From an uncultured PS1 clade bacterium (GTDB lineage: Bacteria; Pseudomonadota; Alphaproteobacteria; MED-G09), in the NCBI GenBank assembly GCA_902533755.1, contig CACANC010000002.1:10529-74528 (forward strand): 64,000 bases of DNA, in the 5' to 3' direction. The notes under the pieces are model-generated. The model worked only from the letters and a program-made list of their open reading frames with translations. It ran no database searches and was not told the origin of the DNA. Positions 56,018-64,000 of this stretch are shown here, piece by piece. A program made the position numbers and the translations under genes. Each line of letters opens with the position of its first letter. Position 1 is the first letter of the stretch.

Positions 56018-56116
56018 TTTATATAACATATAAATATACATATAAATTTTTTTCTTCTTTTTAGAGAATCACTCTAATTTATACTCTAATAATAATAATG
56101 TTGGGGAGATATAATT

Positions 56117-58345
56117 ATGGGGAACATTAAATATTTTATAATCTTTTTTGCTTTAGTAGGCTTAATTATTAGTAAAGAGAGTTTAGCTCAATCAGAAGCT
56201 ACAGAATCTTTTACTGGTATTGAGGAAATAATTGTTACTGCACGTAAAAAAGAGGAACCTTTACAGGAAACTCCTGTGACAATCACGGCTTTAACAGATG
56301 CAAAGATTCAGAAACTTTATGCTACTGATTTAAAAGACTTAGGTATGAGTGTTCCAAATCTGCTTATTAACCAAGCTGCAAGTGGAAGTTTTAGTAATTC
56401 CGCTGCAGTTTTTATGAGAGGTATTGGTAATTCTGATATTGACTCTACGATTGATCCACCAATTGGTATCTTTATTGATGGTGTTTATGTCCCAAGATCT
56501 AGTAATAGTAATTTAGATCTTTTTGATGTTGAGCAAGTGGAAGTTTTAAGAGGACCGCAAGGTACTCTTTTTGGAAGAAATACAACTGCCGGAGCAATTG
56601 TAGTTCGTTCAAAAAGACCAACCGGTGAATTTGGTGCTAAAGCTCGTCTAACTATGGGTGAATATGGTAGAAGAGATTTACGTGTAGCAGTTGAAGCGCC
56701 TTTATCAGATACTTTAAATGCTAAAATTTCAGTTTTACAGCAAAAAAGTGACGGGTTTTATAAAGCTAGATATCTAACGCATCCTGATTATTCAGTCTCA
56801 GGTCAAATGAGCTACGAATATGATGGAGACTATCAAGATACTGGTGGCGATGATCTTTTTTCAGTAAGACCAATGTTGGAATTTAATCCTAATGAAAATT
56901 TCACACTTACTCTTATAGGTGAATATTCTAAAGATAGAAGTGAACCAACTCCAGCTATAAATGCTGCAAAACCAAATATGGTTTTGAGCAGAGTCTATGG
57001 TCGGCCAGGTACTGGTTACTCTAATATAGGGACTTATAATTATGGTCCCGGTTATATTCATGCAGATATAAAAGGCCTAACTGCTGAGGCTGTATGGGAA
57101 TTAGAAGGTGGTACTCTAACATCAATTACAAATTACAGGGAAACCGAATACCAGTATAAAGGGGAAATAGATTGGACTGATGCTCCTATGTTTGGCATTG
57201 TTCGTACAGAACCTCATGAACAAAAATCTACAGAGCTTAGATATAATACCGATTTAAGCGATAGACTTTCTCTGACTGCAGGTATTTATTACTTTGAACA
57301 GGAATATGAATTAAGAAGGGATACATTTATTAATACTTCCGGTGCATTTCTGGCACATATTATTGGCGTAACTTCTCAAACCCATGAACAACAATCTGTA
57401 TTTGCTGACTTAACTTACGCTATAAGTGATCGATTAAACTTTAGTTTTGGTGGCCGTTATACGAAAGAGGAAAAAAGCTTTATGCAAAAACCTTTTTCAG
57501 TTGGGAATGTAGCAGCAGAAATTTATAAGGATGATGAATGGTCTAATTTTGGACCTAAGGTCGGTATTGATTATCAAATTGATGAAGATAAGTTGCTTTA
57601 TGCTACACTTGCTAGAGGATTCAAAAGTGGTGGTTTTAATGGTAGAGGAGGTACTCCTACTACATTAGGTCCATTTGATGAAGAAAGTGTGGACGCTCTT
57701 GAAATTGGTTTAAAAGCTGATTGGGGATCAACCTTAAGAACAAATGTAGCTTTCTATCTTATGAGATTTGAAGATCTTCAAAGAACTGTTATTAGACCTC
57801 TGATTAACTGTGGTTGTCCAAACCCACAAGAAACTATTACTGCTAATGCGGCTGAAGCTGAAATTAAAGGTATAGAGATTGAAATTGAATGGGTTCCAAA
57901 CGATAACTTTAATTTGGGTGTAGCTTTAGCATTTAATGATGCTGGATATGAAGAATATTTTGCTGACGTGTTTGGCACAGGCGCTCAAGACTACTCAGGT
58001 CTACCATTACAAAATGCTCCTGATATAACTGCTGCTATTAATATGTCTTATAGTATTGATATGGCAAATAATGCTTCAACAGTTATTAACCTTGGGTGGC
58101 AATATCACGATGATTTAAATGCTAGTGTTACCGGTTATGCGCCTGCTGATATTGATGCTAGGGGCTTATTAAATGCTAGTATTGATTATATACCAGCTGA
58201 AGGAAATTGGAGAATTTCTGCATATGGTAAAAATCTTGCTGATGACGTAGACAAAGTAGCTGTTACTAATGTGTCTGTTTTATTTGACCTTGCGTTTTAT
58301 AGCAATCCACGTGTTCTAGGTGTCGAGTTAGCCTGGGAATATTAA
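56117..58345 (+). CDS. TonB-dependent receptor (second, divergent paralogue)
   Basis: 742-aa ORF with a signal peptide, the plug start EEIIVTARKKEEPLQETPVTITA, and VEVLRGPQGTLFGRNTTAG. The barrel ends in ...LAWEY. Confidence 0.95.
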   Translation: MGNIKYFIIFFALVGLIISKESLAQSEATESFTGIEEIIVTARKKEEPLQETPVTITALTDAKIQKLYATDLKDLGMSVPNLLINQAASGSFSNSAAVFMRGIGNSDIDSTIDPPIGIFIDGVYVPRSSNSNLDLFDVEQVEVLRGPQGTLFGRNTTAGAIVVRSKRPTGEFGAKARLTMGEYGRRDLRVAVEAPLSDTLNAKISVLQQKSDGFYKARYLTHPDYSVSGQMSYEYDGDYQDTGGDDLFSVRPMLEFNPNENFTLTLIGEYSKDRSEPTPAINAAKPNMVLSRVYGRPGTGYSNIGTYNYGPGYIHADIKGLTAEAVWELEGGTLTSITNYRETEYQYKGEIDWTDAPMFGIVRTEPHEQKSTELRYNTDLSDRLSLTAGIYYFEQEYELRRDTFINTSGAFLAHIIGVTSQTHEQQSVFADLTYAISDRLNFSFGGRYTKEEKSFMQKPFSVGNVAAEIYKDDEWSNFGPKVGIDYQIDEDKLLYATLARGFKSGGFNGRGGTPTTLGPFDEESVDALEIGLKADWGSTLRTNVAFYLMRFEDLQRTVIRPLINCGCPNPQETITANAAEAEIKGIEIEIEWVPNDNFNLGVALAFNDAGYEEYFADVFGTGAQDYSGLPLQNAPDITAAINMSYSIDMANNASTVINLGWQYHDDLNASVTGYAPADIDARGLLNASIDYIPAEGNWRISAYGKNLADDVDKVAVTNVSVLFDLAFYSNPRVLGVELAWEY

Positions 58346-58353
58346 AATATAAT

Positions 58354-58380
58354 AAAGCGACCAATTAATGTGGTCGCTTT
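58354..58380 (+). terminator. Candidate rho-independent terminator after the second TonB-dependent receptor gene
   Basis: 10-bp stem AAAGCGACCA / TGGTCGCTTT with a 7-nt loop. The T tract is only partial. Confidence 0.6.
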
Positions 58381-58439
58381 ACATTTCTTATTTCATCATG
58401 TTTATTTAATATAGTAACTCTTTGGAGGGGAGACAGATT

Positions 58440-60338
58440 ATGTTCGTAAGAAGTTTTTTTATATTTTTTACATATTTATTATTAATTACTAATTTACAGG
58501 CAAACGAATACTCTCCTGCAGTGGGAAAAAATTATCCTAATAAATTGTTATGGGGAGATACGCATCTCCATACCAATGAATCGGCTGATGCTTGGTCAAT
58601 AGGAAATGCAAATTTAACGCCAAGTGACGCGTTTCGTTTTGCCCGAGGAGAGGAAGTAACATCTGAAAGTGGAGTAAAAGCGAAACTAAGGGTTCCACTT
58701 GATTTTTTTATGGTTTCAGATCACGCAACTTATCTCGGTGTTTTTAAAAGAATTCAAGCCGGTGATGAAGATCTTATCAAAAGACCTCTAGGAAAAAGAT
58801 GGAGAGATTATATGGATAATGATGATCCTAGACTCTTTACCGAATTTGTTGAAGGCCTTAACGGCAATCAAGAGGTATCTTTTAATAAAGAAATATATGT
58901 ACCTATTTGGAAAGAAATTACCGAAAATGTTGATAGATTTAATCAGCCAGGCGTTTTTACGGCTTTTATTGGTTATGAGTGGACTCCTGCGCCGACAGGT
59001 GACAACCTTCATAGGGTTGTTATATTTAAGGATGATGCAAAAAAGGCTCAAGAGATAATACCTTTTTCAGCACTAGATAGTGATAAACCTGAAGACCTTT
59101 GGAATTTCTTAGAAAATTATAATAAAAATACTGGTGGTGAGGCTATCTCTATTTCGCATAACAGTAATATAAGTGGCGGACGAATGTTCCCCCTTAAAAA
59201 TTCTTACGGAGAAGCCATTGATCGTACTTACGCGGATATGCGTAATAGATGGGAGCCATTAGTAGAGGCAACGCAAGTTAAAGGAGATAGTGAAACACAT
59301 CCAGCTGTATCACCTGATGATCCATTTGCAGATTATGAGACATGGGAAGGAAACATAGGAAGAAATGAAACTGACAGGTTAGAAAAGTTGAGTAACACAG
59401 GAGAATGCGCCAATTCAGATAATTATAAATGTTATAGATACAAAAAAAGTGAAACTGATCGATATAGAGGCAGCTATGTTCGGCCTGCATTAAGAAGAGG
59501 TTTGGAAATACAAAAGAAAATTGGTGTGAATCCATTCAAATTTGGCGTAATAGGAAGTACTGACAATCATACAGCATTAGCAGCATCAGCTGAGGATAAT
59601 TTCTTTGGAAAATTTGTTGATTCAGAGCCTGGGCCAGGCCGTATGAGTAATTGTATGGCAGGATGCGATAGACCTGATGGAGACGGTCAAGGAGATCTAT
59701 GGCGCAATTGGTTAATCTCTGCATCAGGTTATGCAGCTGTCTGGGCAAGAGAAAATACTCGTGAGGAAATTTTCGATGCAATGAAACGAAAAGAAACATA
59801 TGCAACGACTGGACCAAGAATGGCAGTAAGATTCTTTGGAGGTTGGAACTTCTCAAAAGAAGATTCCTATAAACCGAATTTTGTTGAAATTGGTTATACA
59901 GAAGGTGTTCCTATGGGCTCAGACTTGGGACCAAGAGAGAGAGGGAAATCTCCAGGATTTTTAGTTATGGTTTCAAAGGATCCAAATGGTGCAAATATTG
60001 AACGAGTTCAGGTTATTAAGGGATGGGTTGACTCATATGGTAGATCAAAAGAAAAGATATATGATATAGCGATTTCTGATGATGCAGGTGAAAATACTGT
60101 TGATATAGAAAATGCTACTTATTCTAATTCAATTGGCGAAGCCTATATCTCAACTTTTTGGGAAGATCCAGATTTTAATCCAAATCAATCTGCATTTTAT
60201 TATGTTAGAGTTTTAGAAATACCAACACCTCGCTGGACAACCTACGATAGTGCGGTATTTGGAATTGATATTCCATCGTATGTTCCAAAAACGCATCAAG
60301 AAAGAGCTTACACATCATCAATATGGTATAATCCATAG
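58440..60338 (+). CDS. Secreted DUF3604-family protein (PHP-like metal-dependent hydrolase fold, function unknown)
   Basis: It has a signal peptide (FVRSFFIFFTYLLLITNLQA) and the N-terminal metal motif LLWGDTHLHTNESADAW. The ~630-aa length is typical of DUF3604, as I recall the family. I set the start at ATG 58440 after GGAGGGG. The track start 58422 is a TTG. Confidence 0.7.
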   Translation: MFVRSFFIFFTYLLLITNLQANEYSPAVGKNYPNKLLWGDTHLHTNESADAWSIGNANLTPSDAFRFARGEEVTSESGVKAKLRVPLDFFMVSDHATYLGVFKRIQAGDEDLIKRPLGKRWRDYMDNDDPRLFTEFVEGLNGNQEVSFNKEIYVPIWKEITENVDRFNQPGVFTAFIGYEWTPAPTGDNLHRVVIFKDDAKKAQEIIPFSALDSDKPEDLWNFLENYNKNTGGEAISISHNSNISGGRMFPLKNSYGEAIDRTYADMRNRWEPLVEATQVKGDSETHPAVSPDDPFADYETWEGNIGRNETDRLEKLSNTGECANSDNYKCYRYKKSETDRYRGSYVRPALRRGLEIQKKIGVNPFKFGVIGSTDNHTALAASAEDNFFGKFVDSEPGPGRMSNCMAGCDRPDGDGQGDLWRNWLISASGYAAVWARENTREEIFDAMKRKETYATTGPRMAVRFFGGWNFSKEDSYKPNFVEIGYTEGVPMGSDLGPRERGKSPGFLVMVSKDPNGANIERVQVIKGWVDSYGRSKEKIYDIAISDDAGENTVDIENATYSNSIGEAYISTFWEDPDFNPNQSAFYYVRVLEIPTPRWTTYDSAVFGIDIPSYVPKTHQERAYTSSIWYNP

Positions 60339-61186
60339 TGAGAAAAAAAATTGTTGTAATTGTTGGTTTGATAATTGGATTGTCAATAATAGTTCTAAGT
60401 ACAATCCAACCTACCTCAGATATTAATGAAGATACAATTATCGTAAATAATAGAAACCTAGAGGTTTTTTATTTTAACAACCTTGATTCTGAGAATCCAT
60501 ATAACCAAGATTTTAGCACTTTATCTGATAAGCAAATAAATCAATTAAAAAAAGAGTTTATCAAAAGGGAAGTTTTAGCAAGGGAGGCTAAAAAATTAGG
60601 ATTAGATAAGATTGATTCAATAATATCAGCACGACTTGCTCAATTAGGACAACAAGCACTAGTCGGCGAGATTATCGATATTGATAGTATTGAAATCAGT
60701 GAAGTAAACAAATTTTTTGATACAAATAAATTGCAATATATCGAACCTGAAACGATATCTTTTTCTCATATTTTTTTTTGATACAGAGGAAAGCGCTAAG
60801 TCTTATTTAATAAAATTAAGCGTGGAACCTGATTCTGAAAAATTAAAAGATCTGATAAATACAGGGGGAATTGTTTTCCCTTATCAAAAAATTATTCAAA
60901 GAAACCTTATTCTTTCATTGTTGGTCATTTTGGTGAATCTGGGGCAAAAAATATTTTTTCATTACAAAAAAATATAAATAACTGGCAAGGCCCAATAAAA
61001 TCTTCTCTTGGTTATCATCTTATTAATGTATTTAACAAAACTGCAATGGAGCAATTAGCCTTGGATGATATTTTATCAGAAGTTACAAGAGATTATTATG
61101 AGCAATTGAGAAAAAGTGATACGCAATCTATTATTTCAAATAAAATTTTAGAGTATAAAGTAATTGATAAAACAAAAGTTAATTAA
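60338..61186 (+). pseudogene. Membrane-anchored parvulin-type peptidyl-prolyl isomerase (PpiC/SurA-like) interrupted by two frameshifts
   Basis: The gene reads in three collinear pieces. Piece 1 (60338-60781) encodes the TM anchor and chaperone-like N-domain, ending ...ISFSHIFF*. Piece 2 continues one nucleotide downstream in phase (+1 frame): DTEESAKSYLIKLSVEPDSEKLKDLINTGG. Piece 3 is back in the frame of piece 1, is open from 60839, and reads ...KNYSKKPYSFIVGHFGESGAKNIFSLQKNINNWQGPIKSSLGYHLINV...* (stop 61184-61186). The GPIKSSLGYHLI segment is the rotamase signature. The shifts coincide with homopolymers: a T9 at 60771-60779, and either a G5 at 60864-60868 or an A6 at 60886-60891. Confidence 0.65.
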
Positions 61187-62457
61187 ACTTTGTCAAATTC
61201 GATATATAGATTATCTAATCCCCTTAACAAGACATTAGGGCTATAAATAAAATTATTTCCTTCTGAGAATCTCATATTTTTTAGTCTATCCAATATTATT
61301 GGAAAAGCTGTATACATTTCTTTTCTAGCCAAATTCATACCCAAGCAAACATGAATACCTTGTCCAAATGCTATGTGCCTTCGGGCATTCTTTCTTGTAA
61401 CATCAAACTTATCAGGATTTTCAAATAGGTCCTCATCTCTATTTCCTGATCCATAGCGAATTAGAATTACTGAACCTTTAGGAATTTCAACGCCATCTAG
61501 TTCTGTATCTTCAGTAGCAATTCTCCACATATTATTTGTAGGAGTTAATAATCTTAGAGCTTCTTCAACCATATTAGGAATTAAACTGTGATCATTTACA
61601 ACCAATTCCATTTGATCAGGATGAGAAATTAGTAAATAGAAAGCCTCAGTAATTGTATGCGCTGTTGTGGCATTACCAGCAACCAGTAATTGTTGTAGAA
61701 TAGATAATTGTTCGGATGTTTCTAATTTTCTAGTTTCACCATTCTCATCTTCGAAATCAAGATTTGCTAGATCTGAAATTATATCATCAGTTGCATTATT
61801 TTCTTTCTCTTTTAATTTATTTGCAAAATATTGCTGAAATTGAACTAATTGTTTTGCAATCTCAACATGTTCTTCTGGAGAACTTGTTCCAGAGAGTTGT
61901 TGGACAAATGCATCTGACCATCCGCAAAAATTATCATAATCTTCTAAAGGAACACCCATTTGTTCAGCTATTACCCTAACAGGTAGTTGTTGAGCTATAT
62001 CTCTACTGACATCACACTTACCTTGATCATAGAATTGATCGATTATAAAATTTATTTTATCTTCAATTTCAGGTCCCATATCTGAAACTCTTGCTGGTGA
62101 AAAAGCTTTGTCAACTAATCTTCTATAACTTGTATGTCTTGGTGGATCTGCAGTAAGCATTGTATCGACAGGAGGATATCCATCGGAAGCCATAATATCA
62201 GCAGCTTCCTGAGGATAATCACCGCCTCCGCTTCTTTGAATCACTCCAAACTGATTGGAAAAAAGTTTTGCATCTCTTGCAACTTTACAAATCAATTCAT
62301 GCTTTGAAACTTGAAAAATACCAGTATTTGGATCCTGAAATACAGGTGCTTCATCACGAAGTTTTTTAAAAAAAGCATGAGGGCATGCCATAAGCTCAGG
62401 GTCAAACATATTAATCTTTTCAAGATCTTCATCGATTGGCTTTATTGTCTCACTCAT
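61183..62457 (-). CDS. Cytochrome P450
   Basis: I-helix LLVAGNATTAHT, ExxR EEALRL, and heme loop FGQGIHVCLGMNLA. I set the start at ATG 62457 after GGAG. The track start 62469 lies upstream of that RBS. Confidence 0.95.
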   Translation of the reverse strand: MSETIKPIDEDLEKINMFDPELMACPHAFFKKLRDEAPVFQDPNTGIFQVSKHELICKVARDAKLFSNQFGVIQRSGGGDYPQEAADIMASDGYPPVDTMLTADPPRHTSYRRLVDKAFSPARVSDMGPEIEDKINFIIDQFYDQGKCDVSRDIAQQLPVRVIAEQMGVPLEDYDNFCGWSDAFVQQLSGTSSPEEHVEIAKQLVQFQQYFANKLKEKENNATDDIISDLANLDFEDENGETRKLETSEQLSILQQLLVAGNATTAHTITEAFYLLISHPDQMELVVNDHSLIPNMVEEALRLLTPTNNMWRIATEDTELDGVEIPKGSVILIRYGSGNRDEDLFENPDKFDVTRKNARRHIAFGQGIHVCLGMNLARKEMYTAFPIILDRLKNMRFSEGNNFIYSPNVLLRGLDNLYIEFDKV

Positions 62458-62614
62458 AAATTTCTCCAAAGAGTACTTTTCTTTAATATATAAATCTTTT
62501 CATTATTTAATTTCAATAGTTAATTATTATACTAGATTTCTAATAAATGTTGTAAAATAAAGCATGATATATAGCGTTTAACTTCTTTTTTTTGTATACA
62601 TATAAACTCAAACC

Positions 62615-63391
62615 ATGACTAGTCTAAAAAATAAAACAGTGATAATTACAGGAGGAGGTAGAGGAATAGGCGCTTCAGCATGTAAATTGTTAGCTGATGA
62701 AGGCGCAAATGTTGTTATTACATGCAGAACAGCCGAAGACGGTCTTTCCATAGAAAAAGATATATTATCAAAAAATAGATCAGCAAAATTTATTCCACAT
62801 GATGTAACTAAAGAAGAGAGCTGGCAGAATGTTATTGAAGAGACTCTCCAAATTTTTCCTCAAATAGATGCTGTTGTTAATAATGCTGGAAGTTATAACT
62901 ATCAATCTATTTTAGATTGCTCTCACGAAAGCTTTAAATCACTTATTAATACTAGTCTTGATGGATGTTTTTTAGGTTTAAAGCATGGAACTGAAGCTAT
63001 TCGTAAACATGGCAAAGGTGGTTCAATCGTAATGATGTCCTCTGTTCTAGCTAAAGTAGGAGCAACAAATATGTCTGCATTAAGTGCTGCACATGGTGGT
63101 GTTAAATTATTAGCTAAAGCCGGAGCCTGTGAGCTAGGACCAGAGAAAATAAGGGTAAATTCTATACATCCTGGTTTGGTTGATACATATACAGAAGAAG
63201 AATTTAAAAAAAACTATCCTGACTCTATAAACTCTCTTAAAGACGAAAAAAATAGTATCGCTATGATCCCATTTGAAAGAAAAGGATCATCTGATGAAAT
63301 AGCCGAGGCTATTAGATTTTTAGTTTCAGACGAGTCTGTCTTTATGACAGGCGCAGAAATAACAATCGATGGAGGGCTGATTGCTCAGTAA
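62615..63391 (+). CDS. SDR-fold protein with a degenerate catalytic dyad (Tyr to Leu, Lys to His)
   Basis: 258-aa ORF with an intact Rossmann motif (TGGGRGIG) and NNAG. A gapless alignment to the downstream paralogue puts LSAAH where the paralogue has YCASK. Confidence 0.85.
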   Translation: MTSLKNKTVIITGGGRGIGASACKLLADEGANVVITCRTAEDGLSIEKDILSKNRSAKFIPHDVTKEESWQNVIEETLQIFPQIDAVVNNAGSYNYQSILDCSHESFKSLINTSLDGCFLGLKHGTEAIRKHGKGGSIVMMSSVLAKVGATNMSALSAAHGGVKLLAKAGACELGPEKIRVNSIHPGLVDTYTEEEFKKNYPDSINSLKDEKNSIAMIPFERKGSSDEIAEAIRFLVSDESVFMTGAEITIDGGLIAQ

Positions 63392-63399
63392 AATTTTTA

Positions 63400-64000
63400 A
63401 TGAATAGATTAAAGGGTAAAGTAGCTATTATAACTGGTGCTACCTCCGTAGGCATAGGTCGAGAAACAGCTTTGAAATTATCTTCTGAAGGCGCTCACCT
63501 AACAATAACTGGAAGAAATGAAGAAGAAGGGCAAAAAACTGCCGACATGGTTATAAATGAAGGAGGTAAATGCATATATATTAAACACGATGTTTCAAGT
63601 GAAGAGAATTGGAAAGCGGTTATTCAAGAAACAATAAATGTATATGAATCAATTGATTATTTAGTTAATAATGCTGGTCAATTTTGGATCAAACCTATTG
63701 CCGAAACTTCTTTAGATGATTTTAAACAAATATGTTCAGTAAATATAGATGGCACATGGTTGGGTATGAAGCATTGTTTAGACAAAATGAATGACGGAGG
63801 TGCAATTGTTAATGTTTCCTCTTTAATGGGCCAAATGGGGTTACCACAAGGAGCAGGTTATTGTGCTTCAAAAGGGGCTGTAACATCAATGACAAAATCA
63901 GTTGCGTTAGAAGCTGCTAAAAGAAAAATAAGAGTCAATGCTCTTCATCCCGGCGTAATTTGGACAACTATGGTTGGCGGAGGAGAAGGCGGAGATGAGA
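63400..64000 (+). CDS. Short-chain dehydrogenase/reductase (classical SDR), 3' end beyond the window
   Basis: Not in the ORF track. Translation from the ATG at 63400 gives MNRLKGKVAIITGATSVGIGRETA...NNAG...VNVSSLMGQMGLPQGAGYCASKGAV...IRVNALHPGVIWT. Confidence 0.9.
   Translation, partial: MNRLKGKVAIITGATSVGIGRETALKLSSEGAHLTITGRNEEEGQKTADMVINEGGKCIYIKHDVSSEENWKAVIQETINVYESIDYLVNNAGQFWIKPIAETSLDDFKQICSVNIDGTWLGMKHCLDKMNDGGAIVNVSSLMGQMGLPQGAGYCASKGAVTSMTKSVALEAAKRKIRVNALHPGVIWTTMVGGGEGGDE

Noticed and set aside
56026-56047. Direct repeat ACATATAAAT-AT-ACATATAAAT downstream of the first TBDR terminator
   Set aside because: It is pure A/T low-complexity sequence that also resembles overlapping -10 boxes. 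It is too likely to arise by chance in this composition to count as a site.
59278-59856. Two antisense ORFs (85 and 106 aa) inside the DUF3604 gene
   Set aside because: They are antisense to a long ORF with a signal peptide and a conserved metal motif, and their sequence is low-complexity.
60717-60977. 86-aa ORF listed as a separate gene
   Set aside because: Only its middle part (DTEESAKSYL...INTGG) looks like real protein. That part is the central segment of the frameshifted PPIase, not an independent gene. Its TTG start and its tail are frame artefacts.
1-64000. CRISPR arrays, IS elements, integrases, prophage, toxin-antitoxin or known defence systems, tRNA/rRNA genes
   Set aside because: I looked for these in all intergenic gaps (the largest is about 170 nt) and among all ORFs. 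I found no repeat-spacer periodicity, no terminal inverted repeats, no recombinase-, nuclease- or ATPase-type defence genes, and no GC-rich structured RNA segments.

Overview
This is a visibly AT-rich, very gene-dense chromosomal segment with 56 CDS and one frameshifted gene. I found no rRNA or tRNA. Most intergenic gaps are under 30 nt, many starts and stops overlap by 1-14 nt, and four convergent gene pairs have overlapping or abutting stop codons. Two TonB-dependent receptors, a NodT/MFP/RND efflux pump, sigma-54, Amt, a lipobox and Sec signal peptides indicate a Gram-negative organism, probably a streamlined marine heterotroph. A SAR86-like gammaproteobacterium is only my guess.

The window is dominated by catabolism of CoA-activated and hydrophobic substrates:
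- 4 AMP-forming CoA ligases (including Acs), 4 acyl-CoA dehydrogenase-family genes (one translationally coupled alpha/beta-type pair), an SCP-x thiolase with DUF35, and 2 MaoC hot-dog proteins.
- 2 cytochromes P450, a Rieske oxygenase with a Rieske ferredoxin, 5 SDRs, 2 MDR reductases and 2 ThuA-like proteins.
- An acetoin-dehydrogenase-type E1alpha/E1beta/E2 set without E3, and a valine/beta-alanine branch operon (acylating ALDH, ACAD, HIBCH, MmsB, Acs).
- A cytochrome-c/PQQ dehydrogenase and several small NTF2/SnoaL, ABM and VOC fold proteins.

Housekeeping genes are moaA (partial, not in the ORF track), rpoN, guaC and amt.

I saw no transposase, integrase, phage, CRISPR, toxin-antitoxin or recognisable defence genes, and no transcription factor other than rpoN. 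I therefore do not see a self-contained exotic system. The best candidates for novelty are:
- the uncharacterised Rieske/ThuA/SDR, tandem TBDR, DUF3604, PPIase, P450 and SDR locus (48.3-64 kb);
- a canonical sigma-54 promoter driving a porin-amt operon that lacks glnK;
- an N-terminally anchored or exported DhlA-type haloalkane dehalogenase;
- an AdhE-type acylating ALDH sitting where MmsA is expected;
- an igr-like P450 / alpha-beta ACAD / MaoC module;
- a tandem SDR pair in which one copy has lost the Tyr/Lys catalytic dyad;
- a parvulin PPIase gene broken by two compensating homopolymer frameshifts.

Functional calls are family-level and come from motif recognition by eye. No database search was possible.
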